Origin: Cystobasidiomycetes sp. EMM_F5
Taxonomy: Eukaryota
Assembly: GCA_051047955.1 (NCBI GenBank)
Contig: JBPGPT010000023.1
Location: 62,001 to 126,000 of the forward strand
Direction of reading: 5' to 3'
DNA length: 64,000 bases
Of the stretch, positions 1 through 11,982 are shown piece after piece (the stretch's first letter is position 1; the number at the start of each line of letters is the position of its first letter). The notes beneath the pieces are model-generated. The model was not told where the DNA came from, did not search any database, and saw only the letters and a list, made by a program, of their open reading frames with translations. Made by a program: the position numbers and the translations under genes.

Positions 1-54
1 TTGTAACTTAACGCCAGCAATTCACCGAAGAACTCTTGCCGTCTGTGAAATAAG

Positions 55-405
55 ATGTCATCGAACCAGGACGCACCACGAGTCAATTCCGTGAGATGCC
101 AGCAACCCTAGACCTTCGCATATCGCTGATTGCGGGGCACTTAAGGGCGGATCCGACGAATCTCACCTTACAAAGTCCGGCGAGCCAGACAAACGCTTCA
201 AGGAGCACGGAGGAGGAAGCCACGGCAATAGTGGTTAGTTTCCTATCGAGGCTGCTGTGGGAAGCGTTAAATTACGCGCGAGTGCTAATTTCTCCGACAT
301 TCAGGCGGCAGAGAGACAGGATTTGAGGAAGTCGGATCTGGCAGTTCCCAGATGGCCACCAAGAACAACACAGACCTCAACAAGGAGCTGAAGGAATCCT
401 CTTAG
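55..405 (+). CDS. Small Gly/Ser-rich hydrophilin-like protein (74 aa, 3 exons)
   Basis: Exons 55-90, 146-233 and 305-405 with GT-AG introns join in frame to give MSSNQDAPRVNSGGSDESHLTKSGEPDKRFKEHGGGSHG...NKELKESS*. The TKSGEPDKRFKE motif resembles fungal stress hydrophilins. Not in the ORF track. Confidence 0.7.
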
Positions 406-709
406 GGCTTGACAGATGTCACGTTGTATCGCTGAGTTGCCAAATCAGGCACATCCTCGCGGGGCCCTCATAGGTGGCGACAATGACCTATTCCGGCTGC
501 TTTGAGACTCATCAAATAGTACGCGTTCGCGCTATGTACACCACATCATGCTGTGAACAACCTCGTCCTGAAAACATACTCCAAACATCTGCCCAAACAC
601 TGAACGTCACCAGCTACCGAACTGTTTAGCAGGCTGACCGACAGAACACAACTTACCCATTCGTACAGCGACGCTTTCCTACTCCCATTAAACAGCGCTC
701 GCACACAAC

Positions 710-1474
710 ATGATGCATGCCTCGCCAAATACCATCCTCGCCCTCTTACTCTGCGTAAATCTCAAACTCATCTATGCCCAGATGTCTGGCCAACCTGCGC
801 CAACTTACAACAATTACACATGTATGGCGAACCAGACCGTTGTTTATGGAGAACAGTTTTGGACGATACCCAACGGAACGTTTCCTACGGCCGTTACGTT
901 CATAAGCAATTTTTGCGGGGCCTCGTAGGTTCTTTGCGTGGTTTCGTTGAGCAAAAAGCATCTCTAACGGCATCAATCACATAACTAGAATCGGAAACAC
1001 ATCGCTGAACTGCACCGGTAGTGGTCTCCTCGGGTCGACGCGCAAAGTCCGACAAGCGAACGGGAATTATATCAAGGAAACCCTGTTGAATTTGACCGTC
1101 AGGCCGTACGATGGAATGTTGGAGCAGACAGTGTGAGTGACCTGGCTCTCGCATCTCACGAGGAACTAATCGTTCAGCACAGCACCTCCGTCGAGGCAAA
1201 CACGATCGATATGTCGACCTTCAATTATACGGACTACTCTCATCTAAGTGTAATACAAGTCTACAAACAGGTGCGTTGTCTCGGCAGACTTGGTCGGATG
1301 ATGCTCGACTGAAGTAGCAATATGCAGAACGGTAGCGCGATTCCGCAGATGAAGATGTGGACGAATCGTTGTGTTAACAATGCAACGCAAGGCAATATCA
1401 GTGTCGCAGCGCTGTTACAAAAGGCAGAGGCATACTATGTTGCAGCCATCAGCAACGCGACAGCAAGCGCTTGA
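710..1474 (+). CDS. Secreted, heavily N-glycosylated protein (197 aa, 4 exons), possibly SRPBCC/Bet v1-like fold
   Basis: Signal peptide (ILALLLCVNLKLIYA). Exons 710-924, 989-1132, 1183-1270 and 1328-1474 join in frame. About 11 N-x-S/T sequons. Confidence 0.75.
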
Positions 1475-1700
1475 AGCAATACGCATTGCGGGATAGGGCG
1501 TACGCGTGTCCGCCTAGCCGTGTTGTATCGTCCATCGTCATGAAATAGCCACGATCGAAGCGTCTAATACCTATGTCGATGAACAGCAAAAGTTGAACCC
1601 TGGCAATGAATGTCCTGCCTTTCTCTACCCGATCGGCACGACTAGGCCTCGAGCTTGATGCTAAGCTAAGAGCTTGTTGTTCGCTCTGCACCAATACTGG

Positions 1701-2746
1701 TCATAATCTGCCCTCGTTCATTGTCGGCGTTGAAGTGCCTGATGCAACGTTTGGGAGCGATATATTGCGCCAGGCTTCGGAGTCTTCGTCATCGATACTG
1801 TCAAACAGGGCCTTGAAGAAATTGCGGAAGTTGGCCTTGCTCGGAACGTAATGACCTTTGCAACATGCTGTTTAGTAAGTTCTCAGAAGCCGTATGCTGT
1901 GAAGCCTCACCACCATCATGGATCTCCACTCGAGGCGATTGAAAGCGGTCGACAAGGGTCTGTGAGCGTTCTGCAGGGCGGTCAGCACGAAACTGTAGAA
2001 TGGCTATGCCCTTACCCAGGGACACTATAGTATCGTTCTTCCCCAAGATGTGCAGTGTGTTGGCGGAGCTCAGGCCTTCTTTCGGAAAGAATGCATTTTC
2101 TGAGTCTTGCAATGCGCTGCGGTTGTGTACTTAGTATCGAACGGTAATCCTGGTACATCCTCAAATTAGGCATACAAGCCAGACACTAGGACCGCGAGCT
2201 TGAATGGCGGATGATTTATGGTATTGGTGGGCAAAGATAGTAGCGAGCATAATGCGCCTGCCATGCCAGCACCTGCTTGTTAGTAAGCGCGTTCTTCTCA
2301 GCGTCATTGTCGCACAGAAACCGATACGATGTGGATTAACCGACCTTGCGAAAAGCCCAACACGACGTCGAACCGCTCGGCTTCAAGAGTCTCCTTGAGT
2401 AATTTCCACGTGTCCCCCATGCCTTCATACCGCTTTAGACCGGGTTGACCCTCTACATCCTTTGCGAAGAACCACGCCCGGGGCAGCTCTTCTGGGTTCG
2501 AGGTATCCGCCGTGGAGTCATAAGACACGAGCGATCCATCCGGGAGGTTCACAGAGTGCACAATGTGCGGTGGATCCAGGAATTTGAACGTCGTTCCAGC
2601 CGAACATTGCTTGCGAATGGCTGATAACCGGTTTTTAAATATGGACGCCGATTGCGTATAGCCGCTGCAACAGAGGTCAGACCTGATTTCGAACGAGACG
2701 GGACCAAAGCAGTCCTCGCGTACCATAAACATAGAACTTTTGGCAT
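1701..2746 (-). CDS. FSH1-family serine hydrolase
   Basis: N-terminal KVLCL-GYTQSASIF, RAWF, nucleophile motif GFSQG, TLHILGKND and GGHYVP; multi-exon. Confidence 0.9.
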
Positions 2747-2946
2747 GGCTAATGCAATCCGGTCGAAGATAGGCTGTCAGCGGGGAGCGACTGTTCCCTA
2801 CACCAGACGAGGAACGATTACTAGTACACATATCGTATCAACAACAGAACTGCACAGAAGTATTACGCTTCATTTCAGAGTCGCATCACGATCAAAGATC
2901 AGGCCTTCCTTGTCCACGACCCAGACGTGAGCCGGCCACAGACAAG

Positions 2947-5093
2947 TCACGAGAAACTGTGAAAGTTGTACAAGCCGTGCTCTCGGCCCACTGAAGAATC
3001 GAACAAGACGCGTTAGCTTGATGTATGGCGATGGCATCTGGCATCACACTCACAAAGACCATCCGGCGACAGAATAGCCATTTTCCTAGCATGCCAGCCG
3101 AAATCACCACCTTTCTTGCTCTGCTTTGCAAGTTGTATCATTCGTGTGCGATGCGCTTCAATCCCTGCAGCCTCCGATGCCAGACCAGCGCGAGGTGCAC
3201 CGCAGTCGACATACCATCCTCGCCAGCCTTTACCAAAAAAGATTCTCCAGTCATCGTGCGGGCCCGCTTCGTCAATCGCCTCGAGAGCCTTTTCGTCGAG
3301 TTCAATGACACGCAGCTTGCTGTGTGACCTACGACCTTTCGGCGGAAGCAAGCATTGATGAACTCCCATGATTGTGTTTAGAAGAGCGTCATTGCGCCTC
3401 GATGTCCTTCCGGGCTGGACAGGCATCATGTTCTGCCTGCAACTGCCGCGAATCGACAAAACCTCAACCGCTGGTGCTTTTTCCTCGATGAAGCGCTGCA
3501 AGCCTCGGAATGAGATGTGGGGACATTGCGACAAACCCAAGTCGACCAAGTGAGGCAGCTGTGGCATCTCTTGCAAGAGTTCGTCGTCCAATGGAGCCGT
3601 CGAAAGGTCCAGATATCGCAACTTTGCGGATCCGAACACGACAGACTCCCGGAGCACGCTCTGCAGGTGCTCTCTCGTCAAGGGCGAAGCGGATGTAGGC
3701 TCATAGTACATGTTTAATTCGATCAGTGATGCCAAGACGCTGGTGGAATTTACCAAAAAGTCGCGTATAGATTGACTGTCGAGCATTTGACATCTTGCTA
3801 GCGAAAGAGACTGCAGCTTGACTGTCGTAGAAGATCCCAGAGCGGCTAGTAGCGCTGGCGTGGCTCGCGTGCCGCCTAGGTCCAAGTGAGTGAGGTTTGG
3901 AAATGCCATTACGAGGTGTGTCAATATGTTTGCGCCCACGAGAACGTTGAATAAGCCGAGACGCTGCAGGTGCGGAAAGACAATTGTATCTGCGGCGGGA
4001 TGTGTTGCATTCAATCGATACTTTGCAATCAATTGGCTGAGAGCTTCGATGAAAGTCCGACTAACGCAGCCGCACAGGTCCAAAGCTTTGATGGGTGTAG
4101 TTATGCGAGCGAGCGCTGAACCTTGGATTGGGTGAGGTTGCACACCCGTGGCATGTCCGCCTCTCAATAACAGCTCGTCGAGCACTTCCAAAGTCAAGGC
4201 AGAGTCGATGTACTCGGTCAACCCAACTGCTTCCAGATTTCCGGACTTGGTAATTGAGTGAAAGCCATTGTCTTGCAGGCTGTTCTCCAGCGAATATGGA
4301 GATTCGCACAGGTTGCCAGAGGCACGAGTCCCGCGCAGGATGTGGAGAAGTCGTGCACACGTCACGAAGCGTTGACGCGAACTCTCTCGTACCGTCCTTC
4401 GGAGACCGTGCGATCTAAAGCGCTCAAAAGTGATGGTCTTTGTCCACAAGCCAGGATTGTCTTCTCGCCACGGTGATGCAGATTGGGGCGTCAAGTGCCG
4501 CGACGTGGCTTCTAAGGGTGAGACTGGTAGAAAGAATGAGCTGTCGGTGCTTGTAATGGAGCGAGTGCGGCCTCTCGGGCCGTCTGGATGGAGCTCATGA
4601 TAAGTACGAGTATGAATCTTTTAGAGACAACAAGCATTGTACTGACCTCGCTCCAAGGAAGTTTCGCGCGACGAGGGTGGGGTGAGGAGACCATGTTCGA
4701 GCGAGGCTTCTCGCTTGTCCCCCAGCATCAGACGCCCGAGCCGGACGTCAGTGCTGTCTTGCTGAGCGTCTTGCGCATCGCTATCAGCTTCCACGACTCC
4801 AATCGTTCCGACAAGAGACTCAAAGCTCGCCGGCATGGAAAGCGAGACATGACGATACAGCCAAGGCGTGGCCTCAACGTTGAAGCATTTGCTGACGAGG
4901 CACAGCGCGTAGAGAGTCGCTACGCCAGACCGACGGGATGTCCGCGTCACAGCTGGCGGGTCGAGGACATGCTCGAGCGAGTCGGCATAGACGTGCTGGC
5001 AGATGAGGCTGTGGTGGTGTAAGTCAGCGGCCGGGACAGACTGCGCCGCTACACTTACCTGACGAGCTCCGGCAGCAATACAGCAGATTCCAT
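2947..5093 (-). CDS. F-box / leucine-rich-repeat protein (YLR352W-like)
   Basis: Spliced N-terminus MESAVLLPELVSLICQHV is F-box-like. LRRs include FPNLTHLDLG and LRYLDLS. C-terminal GWRGWYV and GREHGLYNFHSF. Confidence 0.8.
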
Positions 5094-5583
5094 GGACAGT
5101 GCAGAGTATCAACGCACAACAGTAGTCGCCAACAACGCAACATCCAGCTTCTTATTACTGATGAGTCCGGCTATTACTCCTGAACGCCACTCTAGTGGTC
5201 AGGTGACTGTACGTAAACATTCCGCAAATTCTGCTTCTTTTCGGTTTTAAGGACGCGGACTGCAGAAGACTGACACTGCAGTGGAAGCTATAGAGGGGCC
5301 ATACTAACCTCGCTGACGTTTGGACCGCAGACTGATGGTTTGATAATTCGCAAATACGGGAAAGAACGAGAACTGAGCTCGTGCAATGCCAAGCGATGAG
5401 CGATTGACCCTTAAGACTGCATTCTCGTAGACGTCTGACTCGTTCTTGTACTCTGACGGTATGCTACCGACTGACCCTTTCTATACCAGACAACTGAGGC
5501 TGTGCAGAACGGCTTCGACTACCGAGTCGTAAGCATGAGCAGTGTCGCTATCATCCAGACAGGACCCTGCAGAAAGGCCCAAG

Positions 5584-7387
5584 ATGTCCCGTTATGGAGG
5601 TCGAGCTCCGCAGGTTCCACCGAGCCGGCCCCCTTCGGTAATACCCATCAACAAAGAGTCTCGGACATCTGGTATACCCCATATGCCACAGCCAGTCTCC
5701 CTTCAGCCTCAATCAGCACCTTATGGTGGCCCGCCTCCAAATGTAGGGCAACAGGGACCCATGGACCCCGTGCATTATCCTGCACCAACTGGTCAAGGGC
5801 TTGCAAATGGCAGCGACATTTACAACGATATGCCTGTCGAGCCTTACCCGTTGCAGCAGATGGATGACAGCTTCACCTCTATGCCGCCAGATCCTGCAAA
5901 TGCTGCTCCGCAAGGTCCCTCACCTTTGCCTCCCATGGCTTTGCCGGTGCAGAACAAGCTGCCTAGAGCTGCCGTTTTATTCAACTTGCTGAGGAATACG
6001 CCGCGATTCCTCAGTATATTGGTGAGCGTGCTGGGCTGTATACTCGAGATTGTCCTGGTGACACAGTAAGGAATACCAGTCGACTCGTGAAAGCATTCGG
6101 CATTGCTGATTGATTTGCAATGCAGAGATGCTATGCATTTTCTGGATCGAGGCGTGCAGCCTACAGCTTATACACCATCACCAGCTCTTCCGGCAGTAAC
6201 AAAAACAGTGACTGCTGGTAACGGCGGAGCTGCCAGCAAAAGCAGAAAGCCGACTCAGACAAGCAGTCGTGATCGAGCAGAGCAGAGTCTTCTGGGTAGA
6301 CGGCAGCCCACAGCTCGGCCTCATTCGTCGTTAAGCCAGCCACGGCATCCACACCCTCGCTATGTCCGCATGACGAAACGCACAGCATTGGGCGAATCCG
6401 GTATTCCTGCTCCTCTGTACGTCGACGAAACGGATATTCCTTGGCGGATGGGAGCGGCGGGATTCGTTGTGTTCTCACACCTCGTACAGGCATCCATCTT
6501 TCTCTACTTGGCCTATATCGATTTCCGGGGCTACAAAACGCAGCCAACAATCTTTGGCAAATGGGATAAATTCTTCGTTATTACCGTTCAGCTACTGCTG
6601 GTCTTTGATCTGCTCGGACGCAGGTGACTGAGCGAGCATTGAATACGGTCCGGTGACACTTACGTCTCGCCTGTTTATTTAGCCTGTCCTCGACTGTCAT
6701 TGCGGGAGCATATTTCATGATGGTCTTGTCTTTCGCAAACTTGCTGTTTGTAAGCATTTTAGTCGCAAGGTTTCTACACGGCTGAAAACTGACGTCGATT
6801 GTCAGGCATTTGTGTCCGCATGCCTTGCTGGCAGGGCTGCGAAACTTGCACGGGCCAACCAACAGTCTGCTACTCAGATGGCGCAGATGCCTGGACCGCC
6901 TCCATTTCCGCAGCCATTTGGAAACGGCTGTATTGATGAAGGCCAGCCTCAAGATATCGAACGTGACACAGGAGCATCGTTTGATAGGTCTCCGAGTCGT
7001 CAAAGGAAAAGACGGAGCTTCGACTCTCTTTCATCCGACGATAGCGATACCATCCGCAGCATGGCAAGACATAGCAGACCGCGTCGGCGCGCACATACGT
7101 ACTACCAAGCACGACCAGCTTATGTATCGCAGCCAGCCTCTCCCATATCTCTGCATGACCCGCGCCAGGTGCGGGCACGCCAGGCTCGCGAGCGAAGTTT
7201 GAGCGTTGGCCATTTGGCTCACACACACGGCCAGCATGCATACAGTAATTTCCAGCAACGTACCCGTGCGGATGCAGACTTCTTTCAAGGAGACTATACT
7301 GCATCTGTAGTGCCGCAAATGAGCGAAGTCGCTGGCGACGGTTTCGCGCAGAGAGCACGCCAGTGGCAGCAAAACAACAGAAGGTGA
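5584..7387 (+). CDS. Multi-pass membrane protein with Pro/Gln-rich N-terminus, unknown function
   Basis: ORFs 5542-6069, 6103-6627 and 6812-7387 linked by GT-AG introns; several hydrophobic helices. Confidence 0.7.
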
Positions 7388-7595
7388 CAAATTGCATGAC
7401 CTGACGTGTGTTCAACAAGAATGCAGTACACTGTGTCGGCGATTCTGCCGAGAACATTCGTGACACAGTAGCCACCAATGTTGATGTCGCGGCGGTGCTT
7501 CTGGTTTGGAGGACCACCCTGATGAGCATGGTCGCCGGGCTAGATTGTTCACTAACGTTGGGTCTCAGACGACTTCCACGTGGCGTTCATTATCC

Positions 7596-9165
7596 ATGAG
7601 CGCGGCCGATCAGCCGCCCAATCCATTTACCGAGCACTTCCAAGATGCCAGCCAAAAATCACGACGCACCTCGGAATCCCCTGCGGCGCCATCAATCCGT
7701 CGTGTCGTTGATGATGATGACGACGATGATGAGCACGAGGAGTCTGGGCCACGGATTTTTGGGCGATTCTGGCTGATTGCTATCGCTTTGAGCGTGAGCA
7801 TCGGCGCAATGTTGGTCGGGGTCGCTGTTCAGGTGATCTTCACGCAAAGGTGATATGATGCCGACTTCCGACTTTGGTACAAAGCTGTACTGATGCTGTC
7901 CCGCTGAAAATAAGGAACATTTTCGCCAAAATACCTGATTGGCTCGAATTCCACATCAACGCCGACCCTTTCGCTAGAGTAGACGCCGATATTCAAGGTC
8001 GAGATCTGCTCACAAGAGCCAACAAGGCCACAAAGCAGCATAAGCGTCCAGAGTGCGATTGGGTCAACGGGACAGACATGCAGGCAGTGTAAGTCCAGCA
8101 AGAGGCTCTCCCGAATATGCTAATGCAATGCGTTAATCAAGAGCGACAGCATTGCCTGTCACGGTCGCGGTACACATACTCATGGGTGAGAGGCAGTTTG
8201 CACACATATCGTCACGAAGTAACAATCTAATCGGGACGTGTGCTAGCCAACATCCTTATAGTAATGGTAGCAGCGGAAGTACAACGCTGGAGACGCAAAC
8301 TACACGCCTCCGCTGGAATGAACATAGGCTTGCTGCAAGTATGGATAGGGCTCGACGTTTTGTCCAGATCGTATGTACACAGTGTGAAGACAAAGAAGTG
8401 GACGTTACTAAGTGGAGATGTTGACATCAATGTATAGCCTCGATATGGTGAGTCTTGTCAACGGCTACATGCTTCTAACAATCGGAGTCTTCAATATCAG
8501 CATAGTAAGAGGCGGCCTATCTATCTAACGCGTCGTACTAATCGATTTTCCAGGGCGGCATTTGTCGTTTCCAGGAGGATGGCCCAGGATTTGCTTTATT
8601 TGGAACCGGTAAATGCAATGCGAGTAGACCTGCTCAACTCCAGCGTCCTAGAATTAAGATACCGAAGATCGTGGTCGACGATGTGGAGAAACAGCAACCT
8701 AAAGTCGAAGCAGCACCTACTGTGACTTCTGCTGCAACACCCACGAGCCTCCACACCACCGTGGGACCACCACCGCCGACACCCATGTATCAACAGCCAA
8801 TGCCATTTTATCAGCAGCCCACCCTGTATCCTGGCCCATATCCTAGTGCATATCCTAGCACATACGCTAGCCCAATGCCTTACGTCCCCCCATCGGTCGC
8901 AATCGCGTCTGGGTACGAAGTCCCCCCAATGGCACCGCAAAGCCCCCACCCAATGTCTTTGATGAGTGGAGCTATGTATGGACAATTTTTGACACCCGGT
9001 CCGCTGTCTCCGGGTCTTGCGACTCCCTTAACGGCCACACTACACAGAGACGACGATCCCAAACCCGCTCCAGCTCATTTGCTCACTAATCCTTTCCAGC
9101 CTGGCACTCAAAAGCCAGAAATTAAAGGCAGCGGCTTGAAGTTCTGGAAGCGAAGCTCTGCGTGA
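7596..9165 (+). CDS. Membrane protein with acidic N-terminus and Pro/Tyr-rich C-terminus, with two micro-exons
   Basis: TM helices FWLIAIALSVSIGAMLVGVAVQVIF and VAVHILMVLANILIVMV. Micro-exons 8438-8447 and 8501-8504 keep the frame into the 8671-9165 ORF. Confidence 0.65.
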
Positions 9166-9325
9166 TGGCACCGTACAAGAATAGGCACCCTTGCCAAAGG
9201 GCATTGTTTGGTCGACGAAGACCGGCGATGTTGTCGAACACATGTGGACGACCACTCGGCTGTGACTGGCGAGCTGGCATACTTCTTGCGTTCGCCTCTC
9301 ATTGCGTCCCTTGAACATCATCGAC

Positions 9326-10120
9326 ATGACCGCAAAAGTTGACGTGAGCGCGATGGCGCTTTACAACCTGAACCGGGCGCACAAGGAATTGCTAAGATTG
9401 CAAGACAAAGAAGTCTGGGAATCGAAGGACACAGCAGCCTTCCACTCCATGCACTATCTGGGCGATCAAGCCATCGAATCAGCTGCTATAGCGTTGGACA
9501 TTCGGCGCGATACTGTGTGCCTGGATGTCGGCAGCGGATTTTGTGCGACAGACCGCTACCTGTACGAGCACTTCGGCACGCAGGTGGTGGGTGTGGAATT
9601 GCAACAAGATATTCATGACATTGCGGAGATCATCAATCACAAAACACGAATGGCGAAGTCAGTTCGATCCGTACACTCCGACATACTCTCTGTCACCATT
9701 ACCGAAGCTCCGGTAGACTACGTTGTCTCATTTCTTTGCATTCTACACATTAAGGATAGAGTCGCACTATTCAAGAAGCTTTTCAGCCTGATCAAGCCTG
9801 GTGGAGCGATTTACATTGAAGACTACTACGCTCGGACCGCTCTTAGTCCTTCTACTTCAACTACGCTGAAGACCGTCGTCTCATGCCCTCACCTCCCTGA
9901 TCGTCAGAAATACCTGTGTGACGTTGAAGAGGCGGGCTTCAATGTCGTTTCCTTCACCGATGTTAGCGAAACTTGGGCGACATTCGTGCACAACCGGGCT
10001 GTGACATACCGGCAGCAAGAGAATGCCGAGCCTCTGTTGCAAGATTTCTATGACACCATCGACTTACAGTTTGCTGGTGGAGAAGTCGGAGGCGTGCGTC
10101 TTCTTTGTCAGAGGCCTTGA
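9326..10120 (+). CDS. Class I SAM-dependent methyltransferase (sarcosine/dimethylglycine or phosphoethanolamine N-methyltransferase-like), intronless
   Basis: HYLG motif, motif I CLDVGSG, VVGVE, LCILHI and LIKPGGAIYIEDY in one uninterrupted ORF. Confidence 0.85.
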   Translation: MTAKVDVSAMALYNLNRAHKELLRLQDKEVWESKDTAAFHSMHYLGDQAIESAAIALDIRRDTVCLDVGSGFCATDRYLYEHFGTQVVGVELQQDIHDIAEIINHKTRMAKSVRSVHSDILSVTITEAPVDYVVSFLCILHIKDRVALFKKLFSLIKPGGAIYIEDYYARTALSPSTSTTLKTVVSCPHLPDRQKYLCDVEEAGFNVVSFTDVSETWATFVHNRAVTYRQQENAEPLLQDFYDTIDLQFAGGEVGGVRLLCQRP

Positions 10121-10218
10121 AGTGAGAGAGTGTGGTCCCAGATGCCGCGTGTGCAGGGTTGTCAAAATGCGGCGATCGGCGTTGCAGGCAGTACGTGAAC
10201 TTATTGTACCACCCGCTA

Positions 10219-11856
10219 TCACCATGGTCTGTCTTTGGCGAGAGATGTCTCCTCCGAGCATTTTATCCAATCGCCACGTTGCTGCCCAGTGAGCCAGGCC
10301 TCGCTTTTAGACCGTAGAACCCCTTGAATGTCAAAGAAAGGTAAGACTGCCAATTGTAGAACGCCTTCAAACATGTTCTGTATCGTTTTGTGTAGCCTTG
10401 ACCCAGATTGCTTGAAATCGGGGCACGCATTGATCTCCAAGAGGTGTACACGCAGGGGATCATCCTGGCTGTTGGGCTCGGCGAGCAGGAAATCTATTCC
10501 GAATATTTCAAAGCTATTTGCTGCCACGCTGAAGTGATTGGGAACAGCTAGACCGGCACGAAATATTTCGCCAACTGTGTTGCCAATCGATACGACAGCA
10601 TCGTCTACCAGGGCTTTCGTTAGATACAAGGGCTTGCCGTCACCGCATTCTGAGTTTGTGGAAGTAACCATGCGATACCCGACAAGGTCGCTCAGGAGAA
10701 ATACACTCGATTCGGCTTCCGTATCGCTTTGCAGACAGGTGTTGGTAAGGTGAGCTGTCAAGTCGTTTACAACGTCTTTTCTTTCGGACGAAGCCATCGG
10801 ACTGGCGTACGGCTTGCTTGCGAAAAGTGCCAGCATTGGTGCATACATGTATACCCTGCGCAAGGTCAGTCATCACTGACGTAAACATATCCATGAGGAA
10901 GCTCACTGCAGTGCTCCAACGGCGACTACGTAGACGCGCAAGTGGAATTTACGGCCTAGTTCGGGATGCGAAAGGGGCACGAGCGGATCGAGCAGAAGGG
11001 GATTGTGCAAATATTCCTTTCACATTTCTTGAGGTTTTAGGGAAAGTGAGAAAGTACAAATAGAACGCAGCTCACCTGAATAATCCAGTCTCGCATGTCA
11101 TTCAGACGAATTCGAGTAGACTCTTGCTGATGGTGAGGATATTCTGGAGATCGCGCGTCGATGTTTATATCGCCTTGCTCCGAATCTTCGTCTTCACTTT
11201 CGTCGAAGTCGTTAAATATCGCTTGTAAGGATTCTCGACTGTTAAACAGGCGTATGCCCTGCCCTTTATCGGCCATAGCTGGCTTCAGGATCCACCATGT
11301 ATTGTTTGTCCCAGCTTCATTGCTGTCAAGGTACTGGCCCAACTCCCACAACTCGTCATAGAATAGTTCGTCCAGCTCGTCGGCATGGGCCAGCTCGAAA
11401 GGAAAGGTCTTCGGTACTGTCTTCATCAGACAAGAATCGGGGTGCTTCGCGACCCAATGAGCGACTGTTGTGCAAAGGTAGTTCTTGCGAATTAACGCCT
11501 AGAGACAAAGTCATTAGTTCGGCTGCAGCATCGGCGGGCGTACACAGGGCATCACCACTGCAGTTATTTGTAACAATCGCTCACACCTTGCGCAGCATAT
11601 AAGCGTTGGTCAGCACTGTTTTATTGTCGGCTCTGTCCCAGTCTAGCTCGTCATAATCGCAAAATTGGAGCGAGAATGCGTTTGCAGAGGTTCCGACATC
11701 GTCTTTGGCAGTGCACACTGTCCAGTCAGGCAGGACGTGACGAAAAGCTGCCTGGATTGCATTGACGGTATATTCCTGGCTGGCTGGGTAAATGACGCGG
11801 GCAGTCTTTGCGGCAGATTCACTATCCTCAATCATTTCGGGCTCATCTTTGACCAT
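10219..11856 (-). CDS. Tubulin-tyrosine ligase family ATP-grasp protein (Pby1-like)
   Basis: WILKPAMADKGQGIRLF, HLTNTCLQ, FEIFGIDFL and LLEINACPDF. Confidence 0.9.
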
Positions 11857-11982
11857 CGTCAGTTGTCGTATACTGCTTTGCGGCTGTTTCGCATTGGATT
11901 GCCATAAATGAGACCTTTGATATCCAAATTACGCCTGGGCTTGGACCCATCCGACATCAAAACCAGGCTGAACCCTCCAACC

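Noticed and set aside
6870..7529. 219-aa minus-strand ORF
   Set aside because: Antisense shadow of the last exon of a plus-strand gene; no recognisable motifs.
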